From Verrucomicrobiia bacterium (GTDB lineage Bacteria; Verrucomicrobiota; Verrucomicrobiia; Limisphaerales; UBA11358), in the NCBI GenBank assembly GCA_031290985.1, contig JARLJW010000111.1, forward strand, positions 180,228-244,227: a DNA stretch of 64,000 nt, written 5' to 3'. Positions 1-10,008 of this stretch are shown here, one piece after another; within the stretch, counting starts at the first letter, position 1; each line of letters begins with the position of its first letter. The notes below the pieces were generated by a model. It saw only the letters and a list, made by a program, of their open reading frames with translations, was not told the DNA's origin and did not search any database. The position numbers and the translations under genes were made by a program.

Positions 1-36
1 ACCTTTGAACTTCGCAACGCCGCCGGCCAGCCCGTC

Positions 37-2268
37 GTGGCCCGCCATGCGGCGGATTTGATCGACAGCTTCGATGCCAGTGCCATGCAGGCCCCGGTGG
101 TCACCGGTCCGGAGATTTGGCGGGATCCCTCCCAAGCCATTGATGCCCGGGTGCACGATCTCGTCCGGCGCTTGTCACTGGCCGAAAAGGTCCGGCAACT
201 GGGCAACAACACCCCCGCCATTCCGCGCCTGGGAATCCCCGCCTACAATTATTGGAACGAGGCGCTGCACGGCGTGGCCCGCGCCGGCGTGGCCACCGTT
301 TTTCCCCAGGCCATCGGCGCTGCCGCCACGTGGGATGTGCCCCTCATCCACTCCGAGGCGCAGGTGATTTCCATCGAGGCCCGTGCGAAATACAATGATT
401 ACGTCCGCGCCCATGATGGTAACGCTGACGAATATCACGGGCTCACCTTCTGGTCGCCCAATCTCAACATCTTCCGCGACCCGCGCTGGGGGCGGGGCCA
501 GGAGACTTACGGCGAAGACACGTTCCTCACCGGCAGCATCGGCGTGGCCTTCATCCGCGGCCTGCAAGGGGATGATCCCGAGTACATCCGCGCCATGGCC
601 TGCGCCAAACACTTCGCCGTACACAGCGGACCGGAGCCAACCCGGCACCAGTTCGACGCCGAACCTTCCGAACGCGACCTGTATGAAACCTACCTGCCGC
701 ATTTTGAGATGGCCGTGCGCGAGGGGCATGTCGGCGGGGTCATGGGTTCCTACAATTCCGTCCTGGGCGTCCCGGCCTGCGCCAGTTCATTTTTGCTGGG
801 GGATATTTTGCGGAAACAATGGGGGTTCGACGGCTACATCGTTTCCGACTGCGGCGCCATCAATGATGTTTTTGCCCACCACAAATATGTCGCCACGCCC
901 GAGGAGGCCGCGGCCGTCACCATCAAGGCCGGCTGCGACATCTGCTGCGGGAACGATTACAACGCCCTGACCCGGTCGGTCAAACGCGGGCTGGTCTCCC
1001 CGCCGGAGATTGATGGCGCGCTGACCTACGTGCTGAAGACCCGGTTCCGCCTCGGCTTGTTCAATCCGCCCGGCCAGCAGCCGTTCACCCAATATCCGAT
1101 CACGCAAAACGACACGCCCGCGCACGAGGCCCTCGCCCTGAGCGTGGCGCGCGAGTCCATGGTGCTGTTGAAAAACAACGGCCTGCTGCCCCTCAACCGC
1201 GCCAAGTTTAAACGCATCGCCGTCATCGGCATGAATGCCGGCTCCTTGGACGCGCTCGTGGGCAATTACAACGGCACGCCCGCCCGGCCCGTCACGATTT
1301 TGGACGGCATCAAATACGTTGCCGGCACGAACATCGCCGTCACTTATGCGCCCGGCTGCCCGCTCGCCCTGCACCAGAACGGTTCCGACCAGCCCGATCC
1401 CAGCCTGTTGAAGGACGCCATCGCCGCAGCGAAAGCGGCGGAGGTGGTCATCTACGTTGGCGGCATCGACGCCCGGCTGGAAGGGGAAGAATCCGCGGAT
1501 GCGAGCACCTGTGACGGCTTCAAAGGCGGCGACCGCACCCGCATCGAACTGCCGCCCGGGCAGACGGAACTGCTGCAGGCCCTGGTGGCCACGGGCAAAC
1601 CGGTTGTGTTCGTCAATTGCAGCGGCAGCGCCATCGCCATGCCGTGGGCCGCGAAAAACCTGCCGGCGATCGTGCAGGCGTGGTATCCCGGCGAACAGGG
1701 CGGACGCGCCGTGGGTGAAGTTCTTTTTGGCGACTACAACCCCGCCGGCCGGCTGCCGGTCACCTTTTATAATGCCACCACCGACCTGCCCGCGTTCGAG
1801 GATTACGCGATGACCAACCGGACCTACCGCTTTTTCAACGGCCAGCCGGAGTTCGCCTTTGGCCATGGCTTGAGCTACACGAAATTCACCTACCAAAACG
1901 CCGGCTTAAATGAGTCCAACTACAAGCCGGCCGACACGGTGCGGCTGGTGTTTGAGCTGAAAAATTCCGGCGGCCGGGAGGGCGATGAAGTGGCGCAGGT
2001 TTACTTCCGGCATGTGCATTCCGCCGTGCCGCAGCCGAAGCTCGCCTTGTGCGCCTTTACGCGCGTGCATGTGGCCGCCCGGCAGGCGGCGTCCGTGACC
2101 CTGGACATTCCGGTGGCGCAGTTCCGGCAGTGGGACCCCGCCAGCAAACAGTATGTCGTCGAATCCGGAAAATACGAACTGCTCGTTGGGGCCGCCTCCG
2201 ACGACATCCGCCTGCGGCTGCCCCTGAAGATTGCCGCCGCGGAATTGAAGGTCGCCGCCGGCAAATGA
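37..2268 (+). CDS. Glycoside hydrolase family 3 (beta-xylosidase/beta-glucosidase type); 5' end possibly outside the window
   Basis: 743-aa ORF. GH3 hallmarks: 'NYWNEALHGVA', 'KHFAVHSGPE', nucleophile region 'GYIVSDCGAI', C-terminal Fn3-like 'GDEVAQVYF'. Start shown is GTG 37, but the frame has no stop back to nt 1. Confidence 0.85.
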   Translation: MARHAADLIDSFDASAMQAPVVTGPEIWRDPSQAIDARVHDLVRRLSLAEKVRQLGNNTPAIPRLGIPAYNYWNEALHGVARAGVATVFPQAIGAAATWDVPLIHSEAQVISIEARAKYNDYVRAHDGNADEYHGLTFWSPNLNIFRDPRWGRGQETYGEDTFLTGSIGVAFIRGLQGDDPEYIRAMACAKHFAVHSGPEPTRHQFDAEPSERDLYETYLPHFEMAVREGHVGGVMGSYNSVLGVPACASSFLLGDILRKQWGFDGYIVSDCGAINDVFAHHKYVATPEEAAAVTIKAGCDICCGNDYNALTRSVKRGLVSPPEIDGALTYVLKTRFRLGLFNPPGQQPFTQYPITQNDTPAHEALALSVARESMVLLKNNGLLPLNRAKFKRIAVIGMNAGSLDALVGNYNGTPARPVTILDGIKYVAGTNIAVTYAPGCPLALHQNGSDQPDPSLLKDAIAAAKAAEVVIYVGGIDARLEGEESADASTCDGFKGGDRTRIELPPGQTELLQALVATGKPVVFVNCSGSAIAMPWAAKNLPAIVQAWYPGEQGGRAVGEVLFGDYNPAGRLPVTFYNATTDLPAFEDYAMTNRTYRFFNGQPEFAFGHGLSYTKFTYQNAGLNESNYKPADTVRLVFELKNSGGREGDEVAQVYFRHVHSAVPQPKLALCAFTRVHVAARQAASVTLDIPVAQFRQWDPASKQYVVESGKYELLVGAASDDIRLRLPLKIAAAELKVAAGK

Positions 2269-2436
2269 GCCAAAAACCGCCGATATTTTTTCAACGGGCG
2301 ACCGGTCGTGGACAGGTTCTGATCCCTGCACGCAGCCATATAAAAGTATGGTTTACGGAGCCGGTAATTTCAGGCAGCGTGATTGACATCAAATCAAAAA
2401 ACATCGTCGCAGCAGCATCCCTCCGACTAAATTTAC

Positions 2437-4707
2437 ATGCGTAATCAAATCATTCCCGCCCTTGCAGCCGCCGCCCTGGCCGGACTGCTGACCACCTCCC
2501 TGCACGCGGCCCCTGAACCGGTGGCCGAAGCCCTGCCCATGGTCGGCACCGGCGGCCACGGCCATACATATCCGGGGGCCACCACGCCTTTCGGCTTTGT
2601 CCAATTGAGCCCCGATACGCGCACGGGCACATGGGATTCCTGCGGCGGGTACTATTATCCTGATACCACCATCATGGGTTTCAGCCACACCCACATTTCC
2701 GGCACCGGCTGCCCGGAACTGGCGGAACTGCTGGTGCTGCCCCTGACCGGACCGCTCAACAACGCCACCAACTACCAGCCGATGGATTGCGCCCGGTACC
2801 AATCGCATTTCTCGCACGACAACGAACTCGCGCAGCCCGGCTACTACCGCGTGCTGCTCGACAAATACAACGTGCTCGCGGAATTGACCGCCACGGAACA
2901 CGCCGGGATGCATCGCTACACGTTTCCCGCCTCGGAGCAGGGCCACATCCTCATCGATCTCGAACACGCCATCGGCAACCGGTCGATGGAGGCCGCCATG
3001 AAGGTCGAAAACAGCACGACCATCACCGGTCATCGCCGCAGCACCGGCTGGGCGAAAGAAAAGGTCACTTATTTCGTCATCGAATGCTCGCAGCCGTTCG
3101 GCCATGCCGGGCTGGAACTGGAGGGCAAGCCCCTCGCCGATGGCACCACGGAAGCGGTTGGGAAAAGCATCCGCTGCCTGCTGGATTACTCAACCACGGC
3201 GGGCCAGCAGATCGTCTTGCGGGTCGGCCTTTCGCCGACCAGCGTGGACGCGGCGAGGAAAAACCTGGCGGCGGAAATTTCCACCTGGGATTTTGACGCG
3301 GTCAAGGCGGCGGCCCAAAACAAATGGAACGAAAATCTTTCGCGAATCAAGATCGAGTCGTCCAACCCCAACATCCGCCAGACCTTTTACTCGGCGATGT
3401 ATCACACCCTGCTGTCGCCGAACCTGTACAATGATGCCGATGGCGCGTATCGCGGCACCGACCAGAAAATTCATGCCGGTGGGGGCTTCCAATATTACTC
3501 CACCTTCTCGCTGTGGGACACTTTCCGCGCCGAGCATCCATTGCTGACCTTGATGCAGCCGGAGCGGGTGAATGATTTTGTCCAGAGCCTGCTGGTGTTT
3601 GACCAGCAGTCGCAGAACCATCTGCTGCCGCTGTGGCCGCTGGCGAGCTGCGAGACGGATTGCATGATCGGTTACCATGCGGTGCCGGTGATTTATGACG
3701 CCTACGAAAAAGGCTTTCGCGGCTTCGATGTGAATTTTGCCTATGAGGCCATGCGCGCCACGGCGATGAGCGACCGCAACCGGCAGGGCGAATATAAAAA
3801 GCTCGGCTACGTGCCGTTCGTGAAAGGCCAGACGGAAGCCACCTCGCGCACGCTGGAATTTTCCTACGACGACTGGTGCATCGCGCAAATGGCCGGCTCG
3901 CTGGGCAAGACCAACGACGCCGAACTCTTCGCGAAACGCTCGGAAAGTTTCAAGAACGTGTTTGACGCGAAGAACCAATTTTTCCGCTCGCCCCAGCCGG
4001 ACGGAACCTTCGCCGAGCCGTTCAATCCCAAGGAAGTTTCCACCGGCGACGTGCCGGCCTCCGGTTATTTCACCGAGGCGAATGCGTGGCAGTACATGTT
4101 CGCCGTTTTCCATGATGTCCCGGGCATGATGGCGCTTTACGGCGGCAACCAGGCGTTCATCCACCGGCTGGACCAGCTTTTCACCGAAGATTCGGACATG
4201 TCGCACTGGCGCGTGGATGTGACCGGCATCATCGGCCAGTACGCCCATGGCAACGAACCCTGCCATCACATCGCCTACCTATATGCGCTGGCCGGCGCCC
4301 AGTACAAGACCGCGGAACGCGTCCGCCAGATCCAGCTCTCGCAGTACGACAACACGCCCGAGGGCATCTGCGGCAACGACGATTGCGGCCAGATTTCCGC
4401 CTGGTACGTTTGGAGCGCCATCGGGCTTTATCCGCTGAATCCCTCCAGCGGCGTTTATATCATCGGCAGCCCGCTGGTGGAAAAAGCCACCATCAAGCTC
4501 GACCCCAAATTTTACAAGGGCGGCAGCTTCACCATCATCGCGCACAATGTCTCGAAACAATATTGCTACATCCAGTCCGCCAAGCTGAACGGCCAGCCGC
4601 TGAACCGTCCGTGGATCACGCACGATGAAATCGTGAAGGGCGGCAAACTGGAACTGGAGATGGACATCCTCCCGAACAAGGCCTGGGGAACAGATTTGCA
4701 GCCATGA
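2437..4707 (+). CDS. Glycoside hydrolase family 92 (alpha-mannosidase), secreted
   Basis: 756-aa ORF, ATG start, signal-peptide-like N-terminus. GH92 signatures 'GTGGHGHTYPGATTPFGFVQLSPDT' and 'GNDDCGQISAWYVWSAIGLYP'. Confidence 0.9.
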   Translation: MRNQIIPALAAAALAGLLTTSLHAAPEPVAEALPMVGTGGHGHTYPGATTPFGFVQLSPDTRTGTWDSCGGYYYPDTTIMGFSHTHISGTGCPELAELLVLPLTGPLNNATNYQPMDCARYQSHFSHDNELAQPGYYRVLLDKYNVLAELTATEHAGMHRYTFPASEQGHILIDLEHAIGNRSMEAAMKVENSTTITGHRRSTGWAKEKVTYFVIECSQPFGHAGLELEGKPLADGTTEAVGKSIRCLLDYSTTAGQQIVLRVGLSPTSVDAARKNLAAEISTWDFDAVKAAAQNKWNENLSRIKIESSNPNIRQTFYSAMYHTLLSPNLYNDADGAYRGTDQKIHAGGGFQYYSTFSLWDTFRAEHPLLTLMQPERVNDFVQSLLVFDQQSQNHLLPLWPLASCETDCMIGYHAVPVIYDAYEKGFRGFDVNFAYEAMRATAMSDRNRQGEYKKLGYVPFVKGQTEATSRTLEFSYDDWCIAQMAGSLGKTNDAELFAKRSESFKNVFDAKNQFFRSPQPDGTFAEPFNPKEVSTGDVPASGYFTEANAWQYMFAVFHDVPGMMALYGGNQAFIHRLDQLFTEDSDMSHWRVDVTGIIGQYAHGNEPCHHIAYLYALAGAQYKTAERVRQIQLSQYDNTPEGICGNDDCGQISAWYVWSAIGLYPLNPSSGVYIIGSPLVEKATIKLDPKFYKGGSFTIIAHNVSKQYCYIQSAKLNGQPLNRPWITHDEIVKGGKLELEMDILPNKAWGTDLQP

Positions 4708-7040
4708 AGAAACTCGCTGCGCTGGCCGCCGGCGGGCTCTTCTGCCTCTCCGCCATCGGCGCGGAAACGTCGCTGGTATCGCTCGTGAATCCGTTGCAGG
4801 GCACGGACGATCCGGTCAATTTCTCGCACGGCAACGAGTATCCCGCCATCGCCCTGCCCTTCCCGATGAATGTCTGGGCGCCCTACACGGAGCCGGAGGG
4901 CAACCCGCTGTTTTACCAATATCGCCACAACCAGTTCCGCGGCCTCCGGCAGACCCACGAACCCAGCCGGTGGATCGGCGATTACGCGAATTTTTCGCTG
5001 ATGCCCGTCTCGGGGAAACTGGTCGTGACGGAAAACGAGCGCGCCTCGACCTTCCGCCACGAAAACGAAATCGCGCAGCCGAGTTATTACAAGGTTCACC
5101 TCGACACCTGGAACGCCACGGCGGAAGTGACGCCGACCGAGCGCGCCGCGCGCCTGCGCTTCACCTTTGAATCGCCGGCGGATGCGTATGTCGTGCTCGA
5201 TGTCTTCGGCACCAAACGGATCTCCTCGCTGAAAATTATTCCGGCCGAAAATAAGATCATCGGCGTCACGCGTAATTATCACGGCCGCTCGGGCGTCGGC
5301 GTGCCGGAAAATTTTGGCAATTATTTCGTCATCGTGTTCGACCGGCCGTTCACCGCCAGCGGCGTGTGGTCGTCCAATGCCATCTCGCCGGGCGTGACCA
5401 ATATTGAAGGCGCGCAGGCGCTGGGTGCGTTCCTGAAATTTGACATCACCGCGGACCACGTGGTCGGCTGCAAGGTCGCCTCGTCCTTCATCAGCGCGGA
5501 ACAGGCGGTGCGGAACCTTGACCGCGAGATCGGCGGCGCCGATTTTGACACCATCCGGTCACGCGCGGAAACGCGCTGGAACGAAATGCTCGGGCGCGCC
5601 AAGGTCACCGGCGGCACGGACGACCAGCGCCGGGTCTTTTACAGCGCGCTCTACCGCAGCACCCTTTTCCCCCACCGCTTTTACGAGTTCGACGCCGGCA
5701 ACAAGCCGGTGTATTTCAGCCCCTATGACGGGAAAGTCCACTCCGGCCATCTTTACACTGACAGCGGCTTTTGGGACACGTTCCGCGCGGCGCATCCGCT
5801 CATCAATCTGCTGTATCCCGAGATCGGCGGCGAAGTGCTTGAGGGCCTCGTCCACGCCTACGATGAAAGCGGTTGGCTGCCTTCGTGGTCCTGCCCCGCG
5901 CATCTCGAATGCATGATCGGCAACCACGCTTTCTCGCTCTTGGCCGACGGCTGGATGAAGGGCATCCGCACCTTTGACGCGAACCACGCCGTGGCCGCCA
6001 TGGTCCACGATGCCAACACGCAATCGCCCGGCAACTGCCGTTCCATCGGTCGCGACGGTGCGGATTTTTACAACAAGCTCGGCTACGTGCCTTATTCCAA
6101 GGTGCCCGGCGACAAACAAAGCTTCCGCGAAGCCGGCGCGAAAACGCTCGAGTTCGCCTACGATGACTTTTGCGCCGCCCAGCTCGCCCACGCCATCGGC
6201 AAAAACACCGAGGCGGAAACATTTGCGCGGCACGCGATGAATTACACGAACCTGTTCGATACCACGACCGGCTTCATGCGCGGGCGCAAGGCGGACGGCT
6301 TGTGGGATGAGCCGTTTTATCCTGACGAATGGGGCGGCCCGTTCACCGAGGGCAATTCCTGGCAGTGGACCTGGAGCGTGATGCAGGATGAGCCCGGCCT
6401 GATGAGCTTGATGGGTGGCGCCACCAATTACGCCGCCAAGCTGGATGCGGTTTTTTCCACCGCGCCAACGGTGCGGCCCGGCACTTATGGCGGCATGATC
6501 CATGAGATGATCGAAATGGTCTCCGCCGACATGGGCCAGTACGCGCACGGCAACGAGCCGGTGCATCACATGATCTATCTCTACGATTACGCCGGCCAGC
6601 CGTGGAAGGCGCAATCCCGCATCCGGCAGACGATGGCGCTGCTGTATCAAAACACGCCGGACGGGATGTGCGGGGATGAAGACACCGGACAGATGTCCGC
6701 GTGGTACGTTTTCAGCGCGCTCGGTTTTTATCCGGCGTGCCCCGGCGATCCGCAATACCTCATCGGCAGCCCGCTGTTTGACAAGACTGTTTTGAGTTTG
6801 CCGGGCGGAAAAACCTTCACCATCACCGCCCGAAACAACGGCCCGCAGCAGCCTTATGTGCAAAATGCCAAGCTGAATGGCGCCAATTTCGACCAGACGT
6901 TCATCAGCCACCAGGCGATCGTGAACGGCGGCGAATTGATTTTCCAGATGGACGCCGCGCCGAATTATAACTGGGGCGTCTCGCCCAAAAGCCGTCCGGT
7001 TTCACCGCTCGCGACTTTGTTTGAAACGGGTGCGAAATAA
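4704..7040 (+). CDS. Glycoside hydrolase family 92 (alpha-mannosidase), secreted; paralogue of the preceding gene
   Basis: 778-aa ORF. Its ATG overlaps the upstream stop (ATGA at 4704-4707). Signal peptide 'MKKLAALAAGGLFCLSAIGA'. Motifs 'NPLQGTD..SHGNEYPAIALPFPMNVWAP' and 'CGDEDTGQMSAWYVFSALGFYP'. Confidence 0.9.
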   Translation: MKKLAALAAGGLFCLSAIGAETSLVSLVNPLQGTDDPVNFSHGNEYPAIALPFPMNVWAPYTEPEGNPLFYQYRHNQFRGLRQTHEPSRWIGDYANFSLMPVSGKLVVTENERASTFRHENEIAQPSYYKVHLDTWNATAEVTPTERAARLRFTFESPADAYVVLDVFGTKRISSLKIIPAENKIIGVTRNYHGRSGVGVPENFGNYFVIVFDRPFTASGVWSSNAISPGVTNIEGAQALGAFLKFDITADHVVGCKVASSFISAEQAVRNLDREIGGADFDTIRSRAETRWNEMLGRAKVTGGTDDQRRVFYSALYRSTLFPHRFYEFDAGNKPVYFSPYDGKVHSGHLYTDSGFWDTFRAAHPLINLLYPEIGGEVLEGLVHAYDESGWLPSWSCPAHLECMIGNHAFSLLADGWMKGIRTFDANHAVAAMVHDANTQSPGNCRSIGRDGADFYNKLGYVPYSKVPGDKQSFREAGAKTLEFAYDDFCAAQLAHAIGKNTEAETFARHAMNYTNLFDTTTGFMRGRKADGLWDEPFYPDEWGGPFTEGNSWQWTWSVMQDEPGLMSLMGGATNYAAKLDAVFSTAPTVRPGTYGGMIHEMIEMVSADMGQYAHGNEPVHHMIYLYDYAGQPWKAQSRIRQTMALLYQNTPDGMCGDEDTGQMSAWYVFSALGFYPACPGDPQYLIGSPLFDKTVLSLPGGKTFTITARNNGPQQPYVQNAKLNGANFDQTFISHQAIVNGGELIFQMDAAPNYNWGVSPKSRPVSPLATLFETGAK

Positions 7041-7049
7041 GAGAAGGAG

Positions 7050-7064
7050 CGCGGGCGGCCCGCG
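7050..7064. terminator. Candidate bidirectional hairpin between convergent genes
   Basis: GC palindrome cgcgggc-g-gcccgcg in the 37-nt gap between the GH92 stop (7040, +) and the isomerase stop (7078, -). No clear U-tract on either strand. Confidence 0.3.
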
Positions 7065-7077
7065 TGTTGATGCCGGC

Positions 7078-7653
7078 TCAGGCGGCTTCGCTGACGAGGC
7101 GCACGAGCGGCTGCTCATCCTCCTCAATGCCCGGATAACGGCCGATGCCAGGATTCACAAAAAAATTGTCGTTCTGGTCATCGTTGGCGGTGGAGACCTC
7201 GCCGATCACGCACTCGGCGGATGCGCCCCAGAAGGCGTGATAGACCCCGGGAACCAAGGTCACGCGTTCGCCGGCGGCCAGCACGATCACGTCGCCGGAA
7301 TTGACCGCAACCTCCTTGCCGGTTCGTTTCAGACGGAACGGTTTGCCTTTCGCCGTTTTGTCCGGATGGCCGGCCCACAGCTCGATGGCCAGTTGGCCTT
7401 GGCGGCAGATGATGTCCTCTTTTTTCCGGGCGTGGGTGTGCAGCGGTGTCACCTGATCTTGGCGGCAGTACATCAACTTTTCGCAATACTCCGGCTCCTC
7501 CGCGAGGTTGATGAGGACCAGCCCGGCCTGGCTGAACTCGCCCAGGCCAAAATCCGAGATGTCCCAGCGAGGTTCCGGCGGCAGATGCCAGTTGTTTTTT
7601 TCGAAGCAGGTCTTCGCCGCCTGATAGGCGCGGTTGATTTCAGAACGTTTCAT
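7078..7653 (-). CDS. D-lyxose/D-mannose ketol-isomerase (cupin, YdaE-like)
   Basis: 191-aa ORF. From memory it aligns with the B. subtilis YdaE type: 'DFGLGEF', 'YCEKLMYCRQDQVTPLHTH', 'EVSTANDDQNDNFFVNP'. Confidence 0.75.
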   Translation of the reverse strand: MKRSEINRAYQAAKTCFEKNNWHLPPEPRWDISDFGLGEFSQAGLVLINLAEEPEYCEKLMYCRQDQVTPLHTHARKKEDIICRQGQLAIELWAGHPDKTAKGKPFRLKRTGKEVAVNSGDVIVLAAGERVTLVPGVYHAFWGASAECVIGEVSTANDDQNDNFFVNPGIGRYPGIEEDEQPLVRLVSEAA

Positions 7654-7663
7654 CTAAAAAATT

Positions 7664-8920
7664 TCAGCCCAGCCGGGCGCGGTCGTAGGCGAGGCGCTGC
7701 TCGGAATTCATCTTGTCGAAATCCGGCAGACCATCCGCGCGTTTGGGCCAGCCGGGGGAATTCTTTTCGGACGCGGCCGAGGCGGTTTGCGTTTTCGCCA
7801 GGGGATTGTTGCGGACCTCGACCGTGGCGCGGCGGGCGGCGCTGCCGTCATAACTCATCGCCTGGTCGGTGACTTTCAAATCATCGTCCAGCGAACGATG
7901 CGGCTTGATGCCTTTGGCCTGCAGCACCCCGTGATACGCCCGCACGGCCTCCTCCGGCGACACCTTGCCGCCGGTGATGAGCCGCAGCATCTCGATGAAC
8001 GCGAGCTGATGTTCCGCGTTGTTGATCTTGCGGCCGTAGAGCGCCACGCGCGCGCCGTATTTCTGCGCGTCATGGATCAGCTTGAAAGCGTCGTAGGTCG
8101 TGCCCGCGCTGCCGCCGAGGATGCCCACCACCAGGTTCGGGTCATACTGCGCCAGTTCCTCCATCGCCTTTGGCCCGTGATAAACGATCTTCAGAAAATC
8201 CGGACGGCCCGAATCCGGCACGCCTGCCAAGGTGCGGATGATGTTGTCGTTGATAAATTCGCCCAACTTTTCCGGCGCAATGCCGCTGCTGACGTTCGGG
8301 TCGAAGATTTCGAGGAAGTGCCGGAATTTTTTCCGCTCCGCCTCTTCGCGGAATTCCTTGTACCACAGCAGCGCCTCGCGGTCCTGATCCAGCTCGTTCA
8401 CGAAGGTGATGGAATACAGGCCGAGGTTTGCGCCGGGGATCCCGTCCGTGGTGCGGTCGCATTCGATCTCGCCGCATTGGATATGGTCGATGGCCGCCGA
8501 ACGGAAGGGCTGCGACGGCTCGCGCGTGTAGCAGCCGTGCCGCACGGCCCAGACGTCGGTGGTGTCGTTGGCACGGCAGGCCGGCGTGATGGGTGAAGTA
8601 TTGAACAACCCTTCCTTGATGGTGAGCTGTTCGTTGACGTAGGCGGACATCAACATGATGTCCACCTGGCCCTCGTGCACCACCTCGCGGATGATGTCGA
8701 GAAACTCGGGCAGGTTGCGGTAGCCGTATTCATCGCGCGTCCAGACTTCGGGGGAAAATTGCGCGGGCCGGGCGCCGTGCCGCGCGAGGTAGCTGCGCGG
8801 GCCGGGAGCCCGCACGCCGAACGCCATGTCGGCATCCTTGGCGTCGGCCAGGATAAATTCTTTCGTGGTCTGCGGGGCGGCGCGGATCGCCGCCAGTTTT
8901 TGGTCAAGGGAACGGATCAT
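7664..8920 (-). CDS. Conserved hypothetical protein, possibly a class-I-aldolase-like TIM-barrel enzyme (function uncertain)
   Basis: Track ORF 7664..9034. I trim it to the ATG at 8920, which overlaps the upstream kinase stop (ATGA). The C-terminal 'VVGILGGSAGTTYDAFKLIHDAQKYGARVALYGRKINNAEH' resembles the last beta/alpha units of DhnA/FbaB/LsrF-type aldolases. No firm family assignment. Confidence 0.5.
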   Translation of the reverse strand: MIRSLDQKLAAIRAAPQTTKEFILADAKDADMAFGVRAPGPRSYLARHGARPAQFSPEVWTRDEYGYRNLPEFLDIIREVVHEGQVDIMLMSAYVNEQLTIKEGLFNTSPITPACRANDTTDVWAVRHGCYTREPSQPFRSAAIDHIQCGEIECDRTTDGIPGANLGLYSITFVNELDQDREALLWYKEFREEAERKKFRHFLEIFDPNVSSGIAPEKLGEFINDNIIRTLAGVPDSGRPDFLKIVYHGPKAMEELAQYDPNLVVGILGGSAGTTYDAFKLIHDAQKYGARVALYGRKINNAEHQLAFIEMLRLITGGKVSPEEAVRAYHGVLQAKGIKPHRSLDDDLKVTDQAMSYDGSAARRATVEVRNNPLAKTQTASAASEKNSPGWPKRADGLPDFDKMNSEQRLAYDRARLG

Positions 8921-10008
8921 TTTATTTGTACCTCTTCGTAAAATCCCATTTTGCGGCCGAGGGCAAGGCAATTCGCCCACGGCTCGATGGCGGCGGAACA
9001 GGTGGCATCGCGCAAGGAGACCGCCGCGGCGCACACCGCCAGCTCGAGGCAGCGGGGGAAATCCCAGCCTTCATGCAAGCCGAGCAAAAAGCCCGCGCCA
9101 AAAGCATCGCCCGCGCCCGCCGTTCCCGCAATCAATTTGGCGGGCATGCGGACCGCCGGCTGCCAGACGGCCGGACGCTCTTTCGCCACGCACAACGCGC
9201 CTTCCGGCAGGTGAACGATCACCGCCCCGTGAACGCCGCGTTGCAGCACTTCGCCGGCCTGCGCCTCCAACAGCGCGGGGTCTTTGACCGCCGGCTCACC
9301 GATCAGCCGCGCCAGCTCGTATTCGTTCAGGAAAAGATAGTCGAGGTGCGGCAGGCTGGGATTCACGATGGCGGCAAAATCACCGGCCTCGTTGCTCACC
9401 AGGTCCGCCACCGTGATCATGCCCGCAGCCCGGGCCTGCTCGAAAAGCCGCGATGCCGGGGTGCGACCGTGGGCATCCACAACGTCCAGCGTCCGCAGCA
9501 GGCACAGGTAGCCAAGATAAAAAATCCGCGCCGAGGATTTCGTCAACTCGAAATGCGACGCGTCCAGCAGCGCGTTGGCGCCGTGTTGATGGAAGAATGT
9601 GCGCCGGCCCGTGCCCGCCACCGTCATCACGTCCGTGTAGGAGGTCGGCGCGGCGAAGGTCTGCCGGAGCGCGTCACCGTCGATGCCGTGTTCGGCGCAA
9701 TCGCGCAGGATTTTGCCGCCGTCATCGTCGTGCCCGAGCAGGCCGACGCCGGCCAGCGAAAAACCGCAGCCGAGCCGGGCCAGGTTTTTTGTAATGTTGT
9801 AGGGGCCGCCGCCGTTGCCATCGGACTGGGTGGCGATGTTGGCGAGCGCGTCCTGCGCGGGCCAGACGTCAATCATTTTGACGTGGTCAACGATCCAGTT
9901 GCCGCCGGCGAGCAGGCCGCGGCGCTTCACCGGGTTGATGGAGGGAGTGGACACGATGTCGGTGATTCTAGGCAATTTTATACGCGGCAGCACGTTTTTC
10001 CAATTCAT
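8917..10008 (-). CDS. PfkB-family carbohydrate kinase
   Basis: Track ORF 8917..10041. The ATG at 10008 overlaps the upstream stop (TGATG) and is preferred. It has the PfkB C-terminal signature 'GTAGAGDAFGAGFLLG' and an N-terminal 'GG' region. Confidence 0.85.
   Translation of the reverse strand: MNWKNVLPRIKLPRITDIVSTPSINPVKRRGLLAGGNWIVDHVKMIDVWPAQDALANIATQSDGNGGGPYNITKNLARLGCGFSLAGVGLLGHDDDGGKILRDCAEHGIDGDALRQTFAAPTSYTDVMTVAGTGRRTFFHQHGANALLDASHFELTKSSARIFYLGYLCLLRTLDVVDAHGRTPASRLFEQARAAGMITVADLVSNEAGDFAAIVNPSLPHLDYLFLNEYELARLIGEPAVKDPALLEAQAGEVLQRGVHGAVIVHLPEGALCVAKERPAVWQPAVRMPAKLIAGTAGAGDAFGAGFLLGLHEGWDFPRCLELAVCAAAVSLRDATCSAAIEPWANCLALGRKMGFYEEVQIK

Noticed and set aside
8921-9034. Long N-terminal extensions of several track ORFs (for example 7664..9034, 8917..10041, 26002..26976, 32407.., 46340.., 54608.., 59910.., 60380..)
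   Set aside because: Each extension overlaps the upstream gene and encodes Arg/Pro-rich sequence. Internal ATGs that give ATGA/TGATG coupling, signal peptides or canonical N-termini are preferred.
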